In this document: positions 1-12,315 of the stretch, one piece after another
Numbering within the stretch: position 1 is the stretch's first letter
Layout: the number at the start of each line of letters is the position of its first letter
Assembly: GCA_964252035.1 (NCBI GenBank)
Contig: OZ176200.1
Direction: 5' to 3' (one strand)
From: Podarcis erhardii
Taxonomy: Eukaryota
Length of the DNA: 64,000 nt
Translations under genes and position numbers: made by a program
Notes under the pieces: model-generated
The model's database searches: none
Told to the model about the DNA's origin: nothing
What the model saw: only the letters and a program-made list of their open reading frames with translations

Positions 1-187
1 AAAGTCCTTAGTTGTGTGTTAAATGCGGAAGCAATTTTGCTAAAAGGAAGTCTTAAATTGTTCCTCTGCCTATTTTTTTTTTTTTTTTACAGGTTAAAGA
101 TGAGCAAACATTTCTACTGTTATAACTGTCTTCCTACCAAATGCCAAACTGCCAGAAGTGTGAAATCAATAGGAAGGAATAACTTAC

Positions 188-255
188 TCATGGTACATCC
201 GCAACACATCATAGAGATAATCTTTCTCTGCTTCACTATCAATCAGCAGGTCAAC
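188..255 (-). CDS. USH1C: USH1C (harmonin) coding exon 2, 68 nt
   Basis: Minus strand reads ttttccag|GTT GAC CTG...TAC CAT GA|gtaagt = [22 protein letters not shown](E), matching remembered human harmonin [23 protein letters not shown]; phase fits exon 1. Confidence 0.95.
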
Positions 256-1619
256 CTGGAAAAGATGATAATTTTATTGTAATACTCTGACCACAAACTG
301 TGACAGCTGAATAAACCCCAACTCATTAACCAAAATATAATAATTACATATATTTCTTTCTGCTTACAGGAGGCTTCTTGCAAAGGCAGCAATATTTTTT
401 AAGAATGTGAAATAAAAACTACACCGGTGGAATTTATTATTGTGCCAAAATCTAGTCATTTCATACCACAGAGCAGCATATTGATTCTCTTACCTGATAA
501 TGACTAAATTGCTGAATAAATATCTTCAGAAACCTTTTAGGCCATTCACTAATGTAGCACATGACTGAGCAACCAGAAACAATTCTACCAAAACCATCTA
601 GATACCGAGTTCAATGGTTTTAAACTAGAAATGTCAGCATCCTTCTCATGACGCTGTGCAGCAAACTAGATTGCTCCTTGCAGCTCTGATATCTTGACAG
701 AGGAGAGCTTGCTGCTAGAGTTATTCTTTCTTCACTGTCTGTAACAACATGTTCACTTAAACTGGTGTCAGGTTTCAAGACTTTAATTTTGCTAACTGTT
801 CAAAAATAAATAAAAGCACAGCGCCCACGTATAACATGGGAGAAGAAGTTACTTTTGGTAATCAGAAAGGACCACCACTGCCTGTGGCTTTCACATTGGT
901 GAAAGTCAATCACGTCTGTGCTCATTTTCCTAAGAGCTATGGAGTTGCTACAAAGGCAGTTCTCAGAAGAACATAGGAACATATGGTCTGACTCAGTATA
1001 TCAGTCCATTTTTGCGAGTGTCATCTATTCTGATGGTGCAGAGGACCTCCCAGGTCTCAAGTAGGAAATGGAAAGGGCAACACCCCAAGGGGACTAGAAG
1101 CTAACAAACAAAACAAAACAAGAGACAAAGCCTGCTTGAAATGGAGAAACATATTAGAAGTTACAATACATCCAATGCTCTTCAGAAGACCAATAATTCC
1201 ATTTATTGGGTTAATTTATTCAAAGCATATTGTCTCAAATTAGATACCTTGAGCATACTTTCAACTCCAAAGGCACATGCCTCCCTTGTCTCCTGAGACA
1301 GACGGATGCCAACTGTATTTTCTAATATGTTCTTTAACTTTGAGGATTTGTATCCAAACTGTCAGGCTCTCCCAACCCTGCTCTTTATAACTCTTCTAAT
1401 TGGAGATGTTGGGGAATGAAGCTGGAAACTATGGCATACAGTCCATATCCTGTACTATTGGTTCATTCCTTAGAGCTAAAGAGAATGAAGATTGCTTAGC
1501 CTACTTAAGCAACATGCAAAGTAACATTTGCAAAAAATAATGGGGCATGATTCAGCCATGTACTGCAATCCCCAGAATATTTACTGAAGGAATTTCAATC
1601 CAGGTTTAGTTCTGGGTTT

Positions 1620-2190
1620 GGCATAGAGGAAGCCTTGGTTGCCGTAATAGATGACATTTGCCAGGAGAGAGACAAGTGGAATGTGATCCTGTTGGTTCTC
1701 CTTGATCTCTCTGTGACTTCTGGTGATACTGACCATGGGATCCTGCTGGAGCAACTCTGTCAGATGGGAAGTGGCAGCACAGTGACATGATGGCTCCTCT
1801 TTTACCTTCATAGTCAATTTCAGAAAGTTGCATTGGGAGATTTCTGGTTGGGTCTATGGCACTTGTGCTCTAGAGTCCCACAAAGTTCTATATTGTCCCT
1901 GATGTTTTTTAACATCTATACGAAGCTGTAGAGTGAGGTCATCAGAGGATTTTGAGTGAAGTGTCATCAGTATGTTAATGCCAGTTCTATTTTTCTCTGT
2001 CATCTGAGTCAGATGAGGCCATGTGTGTGTTGGATTGATGCCTGGATACAGTAAAGAGCTGGATGTGGACCAATACACTGAAGCTGAATCCTGACAAGAT
2101 GGAGGCAGTGTACAGAGTTGCACAGTGTACATCTGGGAATTAGGTGTGCTACCCAGGTGGGGTTGCACTTCAATTGAAGGAATAGGTGCA
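1620..2190 (+). mobile_element. Degenerate L2-clade LINE reverse-transcriptase fragment
   Basis: Broken frame reads EALVAVIDDIC..VILLVLLDLS..TDHGILL..VPQSSILS.MFFNIY..KCHQY..LKLNPDK, like L2 RT, with stops and frameshifts. Confidence 0.8.
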
Positions 2191-4276
2191 GCACTGAAGC
2201 ACAGGTGCTGGGCTGAAACAGGTGTTCATGGAAATTATATCCCTTGCATCCTTTGAACTAAGTTGTAGTCATGGAGTCAATGGGTTTCAGCCTCTAGCTG
2301 GATCCTGACCCCAAGCTCTGCTGTGCAGGGGCATTGAAACATGGCATAGGACTTACTGTTTACAGCTGTTTATAGTGACCACAGCTGTCTTTTAGACTGA
2401 AAACACAAAATATAATGGTGAAGCTCCATGGCTGGAACTCCCTGTGTAACTATGTTTTTCTTAAAGTTGCTGCCTATGACAATGAGTTTTTGATGGGGCT
2501 CTGGCACAAGGAGGGGGGTCCTGTGGGTGCAGCCACCCTCCTAACACCTGCATTGATTGAATAAAATCAAATACTTGCAGCTGCCCTGTGCCCTAGATGC
2601 TCCTAATAAGGTCTAACGAAGAACCATGTAAGCCCCATACAAAACTGCTGCAGCAATGCAAATGAACATCTGACAATACAAGAGGAAAATAATCTACAGT
2701 GCAGACACACCCTCCATGAACACTGTCAAATCATTTTCTTCGTCATTGTTTGTTTTTCCTGCCCCCCCAATCTCTAGTGAACAAGCTGTTATGATTCATG
2801 TGATCACTGAACTATGTATTCTAAATAGAATGATGTACAAATGGGAAAGCCAAAACACCCATAAATATATGAGCAGAATGTGTATAAGTTATTTAGTGAC
2901 TTTTAATATGCAACAGTAAATTGAGCATTACTTGTAGAAGGGACATAAATTGTGCAATAATGTTCAATATGACATCACTTGGCCTTTCCAGCAACAGAGC
3001 ACATAAGATAAGAACATAAATAATGATGAGTAGATTTTGAAGTCCATGGCTTGGATTGTAAGCTTCTCCTCTATTCATGTGGGTGTGGGCATTTCTACCC
3101 CACCCCAATCTTTAACATCCCATACTATATCCCACATCATTCCCAAGTATCTCCTGGGTTGCAGAGGGAAGGAGGAAGTAAGAAATTATCCTTCCATAGA
3201 ATGTGAACTCTGTTCTGTTCATAAAATGAAAGTTAGGATCCAAGCGTATGTGTCCAGACACAATAAAGGTGCTTACCCAGAATCAGGGGTGGGTTACAGT
3301 TGCAGTCCAGCAGAGCTCCCTGGGGTAGGGTGGGAAGAGCCCTGGCCATTGGTTTTGGCCATGGTCTACTGCGGGGAATGACCACCCATTTGGGCTTTTC
3401 TTCAGGCTATTACTGACAGAAGAACCACTGGAAACAATTTCCTTCCTTGCTGGGTGCAGAAGGAGCCTCCACAGCAGTGGAGCTCCTCTGCCAGGGAAGT
3501 GTCCCATCTCCTTTACCCTAACTCCCTCCAGCGGCACAGAACATGAGTTAGGATCACACTGTTGTTCAGTTGCATTAAATGGGCCATTAGTTATCTGGCT
3601 GAAATTAACATGCTCCATTTTGTATGTCTCGGAGGCTGGGATGGCTTATAGTACAGAGGTATTGGAACTGTGGTGAGAGTCTCTGATTGGTCTCAGGATG
3701 ATTTATGAATATCATCATCATAAAAGGCCACAAGTACAAGGTACAAGACCATAAATATTATGTTAGGTACACAGGAGAGTAATATGTCTGCTGCAACCCA
3801 GCCCAACCCTTATAGTTAACAGATATGAATAACAATCATAGTTACAGAAGCAGAGATCCTTTATTAAAAGCTGCCAAAAATATTCTAACCTCACCTCACC
3901 ATTCAATTTCACAATAGTGCTTCCCTATTTATCATGGTGGGAACGAAATTAAGCCTAACGTTTTGTTAGATAACTTAGTTCTTAACCACGAAAGACAAAA
4001 GAGGAGAGAGGTTTTCTTTCTGCTAATGTAAAGAGCAGTCTTGAATATGCTTATCTAGAAATAACGCCACTGAAGTAAATGGTAACTGGCAGTGAAATCT
4101 CATATGTGTCTCATAAGTAATTCCCATTGATTTATTCCCAGGTAATTATTACAGGCTTATTTCTAGAGAAATGTGTTTATGAGCAGGTTGCAAAAAAAAG
4201 GCAAAGGCAGAGCCCAATAAGACACATAACTCGAAGTTAAGCTGTACAAATGCAATTTTAAAATGGAACTGGGTGG

Positions 4277-4434
4277 CAGTGGCGTAGCGTGGGTTGTCAG
4301 CACCCGGGGCAAGGCAAGTAATTTGCGCCCCCTAACCCGTGGATTTGCGCCCCCTAACCCATGGATTTGCCCTAACCCCAGATGTTGCGCCCGGTGCGGC
4401 CGCCCCCCCTTGCACCCCCCACGCTACGCCACTG
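4277..4434. mobile_element. hAT-type MITE with perfect 8-bp TSD
   Basis: TIR CAGTGGCGTAGCGTGGG / CCCACGCTACGCCACTG; CTGGGTGG at 4269-4276 and 4435-4442. Confidence 0.92.
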
Positions 4435-5009
4435 CTGGGTGGAACTTAAAAATGAGACTAAATCATCCTAGATGGTGAGTTTGGTACAGGCAGAAAAGGG
4501 GGTAAGATCAATGTTAGTGGGGATAGCTGGATGCTCTGTGATTATTTGTTTACTAGAAATATGCACAGATATAAAATATGGTTGGTATTGATTGTGGGTC
4601 AAACAGTTGAGGAGGCAGCCTGTTGAGGATGGAGCAGAATTGCCTCTGAAGGCTCCTAGAGCCATTACTGTCACTTGAGGCTCAGGTAGCTTCAGTGGAG
4701 AAGAGAGTTGATTAATAACATCTGGCCCTTCCTGGACTGCTGCATTGTCTGTTATTGATTTTATTTCATTGTAATGGCTTTTATGTTGATATGCTGTATT
4801 TTAATACAATGTTGTGTACTGCCCACAGGACCTCTTGGTTGAAGAGCAGGTTGCAAATATAAAAATAATAATTACAATTATTTGGTGTATTCGTTCTATG
4901 GAAAATCCCTAAAAAGAGTGCATACAAACATAAATTGCTCTTAGAAGTTAAGGGCATTCTGAACAAAACTGGAGTTTCATTTTCTCGCCCCCCACCCCCC
5001 CCCCGTCAA

Positions 5010-5125
5010 TGGTTTGTATTCAGCTAACTTTTACTTAGAATAGACCCATTAAAATTAATGGCCATGACTAATTTTGGTTCATTCATTTCAACAGGTCCAA
5101 CTAAGTTAGTTAGACACAGCCCAAT
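5010..5125. mobile_element. Old palindromic MITE-like repeat (related copy at about 19078-19190)
   Basis: Imperfect fold-back with gacccatt(g/a)aa..aatg and ttcatt.atttca cores shared with the 19078 copy. Confidence 0.45.
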
Positions 5126-5480
5126 ATATTTCCAGTATGATGCCTAAAAACGCTCTTCCAGCGTGACTGAATTACAGCCTCCCACTTCACCGAAACTGCC
5201 AAAGACCATTTTCATATCATTTTGCCTGCCAAATCACACATGAATCTTTTTTTGTTTCTTTGTTTTCTCAGTGTGGTCAAATTTTGTTTAAAGAACAAGT
5301 GTTCACCTACTTTTAGGTCAAGAATTTTTTCATTGCTGTCTGGCAGCTCCTCGCTTTCACTTTTTTAAAAAGGGTAAGAACAAAAGAGCTATTATGCAAT
5401 ACACCTAGCCTTGCCAAGTCTCTTGGTCATTGACAAAGAAACACCAAAGAGAGAGGAGGCGGCGGCAAAAACTGTTTTTG

Positions 5481-5580
5481 GAGTATCTGAAGAAGTGTGC
5501 ATGCACACGAAAGCTCATACCTAGAACTAACTCAGTTGGTCTTTAAGGTGCTACTGGAAGGAATTTTTTTATTTTGTTTT
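5481..5580 (+). mobile_element. Penelope-like element terminal fragment
   Basis: ctgaagaagtgtgcatgcacacgaaagctcatac...ttggtctttaaggtgctactgga resembles reptile Penelope-like ends recalled from memory. Confidence 0.6.
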
Positions 5581-5739
5581 TGGAGGGTATTCCTTTCCTG
5601 AGAAATTGCTCTGTGAGGTTTTCTAAAATGATGACGCACCCATATACAGTATCTGTATATCTCTATGTATGTAGTGATGTTGATTATTGTTGTAAAGGCT
5701 GCCCAGAAAGTTAAGAAGCGGCAAGGTCAGCTCCTTGAA

Positions 5740-6470
5740 CTTTCCATTGCCTTCCGCTCGCCTGCTTTGAGAGGCGCAGGGAAAGGCAGGTCTGGGTCGG
5801 TAGAAGAAAGATGGATGGCGAGAGAAGCAGGTTTGCTGGGCGCGCACATTGCGAGCAGCCCATGGCGAGGGTGGGCTCTGTTCCTTCCTGCTGCCCAGAG
5901 GAATCTTACCCTAATCCGCCACACACCTCGGGTCCCCTGGGGGGAAAAAACTTTCTTCTGCTGAAAGAAGCATGCCAGCCTCCCTTCTTCCCCTCCCCCT
6001 GCTCCCCCACCCGCCAGGTCCGAGTTAATTGACACCGAGAGTCCATAGTCCCAGCGAAATGCCCACGCTCCCTTCGCTGGCAGCGCCAGCAGCTTCTCTC
6101 GCTTACGAGGCGGAAAGTGAGGTTAGCGAGGAAGCCCGAGGACGCCGCAGGGAGCGTAGGGCAGGCGGTGGGCCGAGCGCCCCTCGCTTACCTTGTGCCT
6201 GAATTCCCTGGCCACCTTCCGCTCCATGGCAATGGGGAGAGCGACCTTCGCTTGGCTTTCCCCCGGGGAACCTTCGTCGGTGCGCGCACCCAGCCGATGC
6301 CGTTTCCACCTGGTCCTGGGCGCAGGTTAGGACGCAGGACTCCAGCCGAGCGCTAGAGGGCGCAGCGCAGCCCTGCGGGAAGGGCCGGCCTGCGCGGCAG
6401 ACGGGTTGTCCGAGGAATAATGTTATTGGCAAGGAAGGAAGGCGCTTACCAGGTCGCCTCGCGCTGCCTC
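5740..6470. promoter_or_regulatory. CpG island over the USH1C promoter/first exon
   Basis: Visibly GC- and CpG-rich against an AT-rich background; contains the USH1C ATG. Boundaries approximate. Confidence 0.8.
6192..6227 (-). CDS. USH1C: USH1C coding exon 1, 36 nt
   Basis: Minus strand gccATGG AGC...CAC AAG|gtaagc = MERKVAREFRHK (human MDRKVAREFRHK); good Kozak context, inside a CpG island. Confidence 0.95.
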
Positions 6471-8189
6471 GACATTTTCTTGATGATCTCCTGCAGCCTC
6501 CCATGAATTTCAGTGAAAGGGGGACAACTCAGATCAGCTTCCATTGCATTTTATTTCTCGCAAATCTCATCTTTCTGCTATATACTACACTAGGGTTCGT
6601 CCAGGTAAAATTACGCACAATGAAACACTTTTTACAGTCCCATTGATTTCGATGGAAGAGAGTTGCACAACTGCTTATTAATTCTTCCAGTGAAATGAGA
6701 CGTCAAGGCCGTAAGCCTATTTATCTGGCAGTAAGTTCCAATGATATCAATAGGACTTTCTTTTGGATAGGTTTGCACTATTGCTTAACTTTCACACACA
6801 GTGTCGCATGACTTTGGGCACTTGGAAGTCTCCCTTATAAGCGTTCTGTGCTGCAACTTAGGGCAGGATCCCAAAGATCCACATCAGGAACTGCAACTGG
6901 AAGGGGAAATTCTCACCCCAGAGCACACGTGGACTCTTTGGGTCCAAGATGGTCAAAATTTCACTTCGTTATAGATCCTCTGAATGCAGGCAGATGTAAT
7001 ACATTTTGTAGAGGATTATGGTTTGAACACAATCTTGCCATTCTCAACTTTGCCCGTAGCAGAATGATCTTGCATAGAAACAGTTTTTCAAGTTATTTCA
7101 CCTGAAAATGAATCAGCCACAGTTTTGAACACCCCCCCTCACTCCCAAAGGATCCCATCAAGCTACAGAACCTTCCTTTTCCTTCTCCTCTTCCAGCCCA
7201 TCCAGGGAAGGTCTATGTAGCAGGTGCATTCCATAACTCCACCTTCTCCTACACTTTCCATTCTTCATTCTTTCCGTCTAGGTCTGTAGCATTCACTAGC
7301 TTCATTCCATGCACAGAAACTGTGACAAGGGTACTGCTGTACTTTCAGACCAAGAGAGTGAATAACATGCTGCCATTAGAAATTATTCTAAATCCTTCCA
7401 GGTTGCGATGCCAAATTGCATGTGCTTTAGCCAATTCTATTTCCTTATTCAGACTGAGGTGATGCCCTCGGAGCCTTCTCAACTGAAATGAAACCACCTC
7501 ATGGTGAAAGCTATGAGAATAGCAAATACAAATAAGACAAAAACCTGCAAAGAACTCAAAATATTTAGTCCAATTATCCTTGATTTGTTTTTATTTTTAA
7601 GTACAATCTAAATTAAAATATCCTTGCAAGGTTTTTTAGACTTGTCATCTGTAGAAGGTGATAGGAGCCAAAGCAAAAACAAAAAGTACTTTGTGATGTC
7701 TTGGAACTCCAAACATTTTTTAAAATCCTGCAGAGAGGTACCTAATAAACGCAAAAGTAATGTTTCTGGACAATTCAGCTAAACACCTGTGTGAGCAGAA
7801 GCCAGCATAGTCAGTCGCACTAGTGCAATGGACTTTTCCCTCTCTCACCTGGTGCCCCTGTGCCCTCCAAATCATATTGGGGGAATTAGGAGAACCCCCA
7901 GAACAGTACATGGAGGGAGGACAGGGGAAATAATACCACCTGGAAAGCAGATCGTAGTATCACAATGTTGACTTTCCCCCTCTAAGTATAATGCCAAGGT
8001 TGGAAGCGGAGAAAATGAAGAAGAAGAAAGAGACCAGTTATTTGTTGGAAGTGTTGGGAATGGGATGCAACTCACCTTGTGTTGAAGGCTGGTAGGTTTG
8101 CAGGAAGAGGAAGTAGACATAGGATGTAGGGCAGATCCCAGTGCTTGAACTAAGTTTTGCAAATTGCAGGAAGGCTGTCTGAGGTGGAT

Positions 8190-8740
8190 AGTGGTCATGA
8201 GATATGAAGTTCTAAACCTAACAGACAAAATAGAAAGTGACAAATCACTGGTTTTGGGTGGCACATCCACCACAGTGACTCAAAAGTGCAATTGCTTATT
8301 TTTTAACAAAAATATGTAACTTGTCCCTCAGATCAGCTTCCATACCGGAGGACTGGAAAGTAGCCAGTGTAACAAAATTTGTTTTTTAAGGACTTAGGGA
8401 AAACCCTGGAAATTTCAAGCCTGTTAGCTTAATATCTATCCTGAAAAAACTGGTAGAAAGTGTTAAAAGATAAAATAAACAAGCATATAGAAGAGTAAGC
8501 CTTGCTACTGCAGATCCAGCATGGCTTTGGCAAGGGCAAGTCCTATGAACAAGCAAATAGATAAAGGTGATCTGGTTGCCACAGTGTACTTGAACTTTAA
8601 AAAACGCTTCTGACAAAGTACCTCACTCAAGACTCCTGAGTAAACTTAACAGTAATGGAATAAGAAAAGAGGTCTGTTTGTGTACCAGGAATTGGTTAAG
8701 AAGGAGGAATCAGATAGAAGGAATAAATGGACAGTTCTTT
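8190..8740 (+). mobile_element. Degenerate CR1 LINE ORF2 fragment
   Basis: Reads EVLNLTDK..SDKS; SIPEDWKVA; PGNFKPVSLIS; QHGFGKGKS; DKGDLVATVYLNF; DKVPHSRLLSKL, a CR1 RT consensus pattern with frameshifts. Confidence 0.85.
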
Positions 8741-9127
8741 GAATTTATACTTAGAAATGTGGTGAAATCAGTGTAAACCCAAATAGATAAAATATTTCCA
8801 GGCCATTCAGAAAGTTAACTTTGCTATATATAATCTCTGAGACACAATGATAACTAGAGAAGCCAGAAAATTGGGTACATTTGAAAACAGAGGCCATCAA
8901 AGCAAGCGAAGTTTACATGGAACTGAATGTTTATTTGTGGAAGTTCTGCTGTCACTTGAAGCTTATATTTGTGGGTGTTTTCTAGTCTAGGTTTCCCCCC
9001 AGTCTAAGTTAGGAGAAGCAAGCTTTATATTTTAGTCTTATTCATTACTTGCATGAGTGATTCCTGCAAAATATTAAGTTTGGAAATATTCCCTTCAAAG
9101 AAAAGTCATATATTGTATTTTGATGTC

Positions 9128-9131
<4 letters not shown>

Positions 9132-9160
<29 letters not shown>
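9132..9160. repeat. (TG)n microsatellite
   Basis: About 14 uninterrupted TG units. Confidence 0.95.
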
Positions 9161-9165
<5 letters not shown>

Positions 9166-9223
9166 AGCAGCTTATTAATTGTACCAAGTAGTCCTGTATG
9201 GGGTGCTATTAAAGCACAATATA

Positions 9224-9445
9224 CAGTGGTACCTCGGGTTAAGTACTTAATTCGTTCCAGAGGTCTGTTCTTAACCTGAAGCACCACTTTAGCTAATGGG
9301 TTCTCCTGCTGCCGCGCCACTGGAGCACGATTTCTGTTCTCATCCTGAAGCAAAATTCTTAACCCGAGGTAATATTTCTGGGTTAGCAGAGTCTGTAACC
9401 TGAAGCGTATGTAACCTGAAGCGTATGTAACCCGAGGTACCACTG
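9224..9445. mobile_element. Tigger/pogo-type MITE, TA TSD
   Basis: TA|CAGTGGTACCTCGGGTTA ... TAACCCGAGGTACCACTG|TA; same family as 59529-59770 in the opposite orientation. Confidence 0.92.
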
Positions 9446-11065
9446 TAATAGTAGAAGAATGGTACTGGCATTTAAATCTCAGCGTACATAATATGAAGAC
9501 AGACTTGGAGTAATTGTCATAGTCTGCCATGGTAATATATTTCCCTGTACTTCAGGAACACAAATAACCTTGCCCAGCAAGACGCAATTTGTGCACAAAA
9601 GCAGATCTCAGTGTGCAGATCTGATTTATTTGTTTAGATCTTGCCTATTCTCCCCTCCCCTGATGTTTTCATTATTGTGCAAGGAAGTGAAATAATCTCT
9701 GTTCTTGTCTGAGACAAGCAGCATCTCCATATGTAATTTCTCAACCAGAAGATCAGTTGAAGGAAAATGCAAGTCTCTACTCTCCAGACAGAAACCTGGT
9801 TGCGGGAAAAGAGATTTTTCCTAGTCGTCAATCCATGAAATATTGTTGCTGGGAAAGTGCAATCCACACAGTACCTGCTAGCTGCTCTAGATCTATTGGC
9901 ATATGTCCTCCCTCTGCATTCACTCTGAGAGGTTAGATGCTAATTCAATAGACATGTAAATGTCAACTGTTGGTGAGAATTTGGTCACCCAGGTTTGAAA
10001 ATCAGGAGTTCTGCTGTGTATCTGCTATGTTTCTGTTATGGCACAAATGCCGCATAAGAAGCTAAATGTTTCAGGGTGCTGAAATAAACAGAGGGGGGAA
10101 ATTAGAAGGCACCCTTTTTCATTTTGTGCTTACAGAAGGACCAAGTTTTGGTGAAGACGTCATTGCGGTTTCATCATTCCTACTGAAATGAATCACTTGT
10201 TACAGCTGGAAATACAATACTTGGGGACTAATTACAAAGACGGGAATGAGATCTTTTTAATTACTTGCTGTTAACAGACTTCCTAAAGCAGTCAGAAAAG
10301 GGACTCTTTTCATCTGAGACAATTTCTCACCTGGCAATGGAAGCTTTTAAAGCTTCTGTTATGAGATAGCTGAAGGATGAAGGAAGGGAGACAGGGGTGA
10401 GAGAAAGTATGGCAGATGGCAGAGGGAGGAGGCAGGGAGGAAGAGAAGAAGATAATACTACAAAGGAATGAAAGAGGAGAAAGTGCACACACAGAATGGC
10501 AAAAAGCTAGAAATAAAATGAGTGCCTTCATTTAAATAATGTGAGGAAGTAAAAAACACAGAAATATTTAATGATTATACTTTGTAATAAAAATGAGCTG
10601 TTTCGGGGCTATCCAAACTGACATTTACAAAGTCTGGAGATTAAGAGGCTTGCACATTTCATTTTTAAAATATGGGAAGGAAATCTGTTAATGTGGCACA
10701 CCTTAAACAGGACTATGCCTTCTTGGCTCATGCTCAGGCTGGTGCTTGGAATTCTCAATTTGCCACCAAACACTTTTTATAGTTAAAATGCATCTAGCTA
10801 TGGGAGATATGTTTCATGCACACTGTGCATGTCATTACAACCTAATTAAACCAACAAATTTACATGTATCCAGTTTGCCAATGTGTGTTGCATATTTAGA
10901 AACGGTCATTGGCCTTTGTGGCTATATATTTTTAGGTTATAACCATTTTAAGTTGCCTATTTTATGTATGGAATAGTTTTGTATCACATTTACAGGCTGC
11001 CATGACTCCTTTGTTCCCATTCTACAATACCAATGCCCTCTGCATTTACATGTGGCACATGAGAA

Positions 11066-11135
11066 TCACCCTGAGACCTCCGGGTATAGAGCGGTATATA
11101 AATTCAATAAAAAATATAAAATAAAATAAATAACA
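11066..11135 (+). mobile_element. Short L2-type 3' tail fragment
   Basis: ccctgagacctccgggtatagagcggtatataaat followed by (A/T)-rich tail. Confidence 0.5.
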
Positions 11136-11219
11136 AAAAAGAGGCTCCTAGGTGCACTCAGCAGCTTTATCCTACTCAGATGTAAGATCAATCAACATGA
11201 ATAAACTTTTAAATGGGTT

Positions 11220-11690
11220 TTTTATACATAAAGGTAATTTTTGTATGCACAACTGTGGCCTGTGTTTTGCTAGCCCAAAATGGAAAACAAGCAAGGTCCC
11301 AACTGAAGAAGAATGGCCACTTAAACTGATGGAATATGTGCAGCTTGTGGACCTAACACATAGAATAAGAGAACAAAAATAACATTTGTTTATCCCCCCC
11401 CCCCAATAATTTTTAGAAGAGCATATGTTAAAAGATTTGAAAATGTTTATTGAATATATTGGGGCGGGGGCAACTGTGTACACTTGAAAACGTTGGCAGC
11501 ATTAAGATAAACTCAACAGTGTAAATAAGTTTTGAGGATGTGATAATGGAATACTGAATGGTTTAGTTCATGTAAAATATGCAGGGATTTATGTTATGCA
11601 AAATGAATCATGGAAAGAGAAGGAAAGTTGTTGGTATTTAAGGTTGTTTAAATGAATATCCTAAATTGTAAAACATATATATATACATAT
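11220..11690 (+). mobile_element. L1/Tx1-like LINE 3' end
   Basis: Frame reads KWKTSKVPTEEEWPLKLMEYVQL.DLTHRIREQ, resembling the ORF2 C-terminus of squamate L1-like elements (from memory), followed by an AT-rich 3' UTR. Confidence 0.55.
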
Positions 11691-12257
11691 ATAATGACGC
11701 AAGATCCATTAACAAAGCATCTTTATAGGCTGTCATCCAATGCATATTTCCTTTGAGTAGGCCTCAGAATAAAGAGTCTGCAGGATCAGCCTAAAACGTG
11801 CGTGCCTGTGTCCCGCTCCCTAGATTCCCACGCGCCCAACGGGGTGTTGTGTGGCCTCCTCTTTCTGAGCGTGCCACGGGCGAATCAACCCGAGCGAGGG
11901 CATTTCCGAGTCCCCAGCCGATCGTCGCCTCGCTTCCATTTCTTCCTGGAGGCCTGAGCTGCGCTCCCTATGGAAGGGGCAGGGGAACGGCGCCTCCTCC
12001 TGAGGGGCCGACATTATGCTAATCAGTGAGGGGAGGCGTCCCCCCAGCGCCGAGCGGCGGCGAAGAGCTGGCGTTTGGAACGAGAACAAGGCGAAGCGAG
12101 CCGGCCGGTGCGGGTCCACCCCTTGCCGTCCACACTTGCCCAGCGGCGGGGCGCGGAGATGCTGGCCACCAGGCGCGGCGGGTAAGGGGAGCGCTCGCCT
12201 TCCCTCAGCCTCGGCTCCCGCGGCCACCTCAGAGAGCTCGTCGCTCGCGGCGTACCG

Positions 12258-12315
12258 ATGGAGCCGCGCTTCAGGCGCGCGAAAGGGATGCTGGTGTACG
12301 TCTGGGTGCCTCAGG
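12258..12315 (+). CDS. OTOG: OTOG predicted exon 1 ([19 protein letters not shown])
   Basis: accgATGg Kozak context, CAGG|gtgagt donor, CpG island; forms a signal-peptide-like sequence with exon 2. Prediction only. Confidence 0.6.

Noticed and set aside
3037-3618. Overlapping ORFs and splice-like motifs in USH1C intron 1
   Set aside because: No consistent acceptor/donor pair in the USH1C orientation and no recognisable product.
5665-6504. ORFs of 73-133 aa around the USH1C promoter
   Set aside because: CpG-island chance ORFs; the true 12-codon exon is in another frame and below the track cutoff.
7872-8273. 133-aa minus-strand ORF
   Set aside because: Non-ATG start, no motif, and it overlaps the antisense of a CR1 remnant.
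9045-9530. 161-aa minus-strand ORF
   Set aside because: Reads through a MITE and a (TG)n repeat (THTH run); not a transposase.
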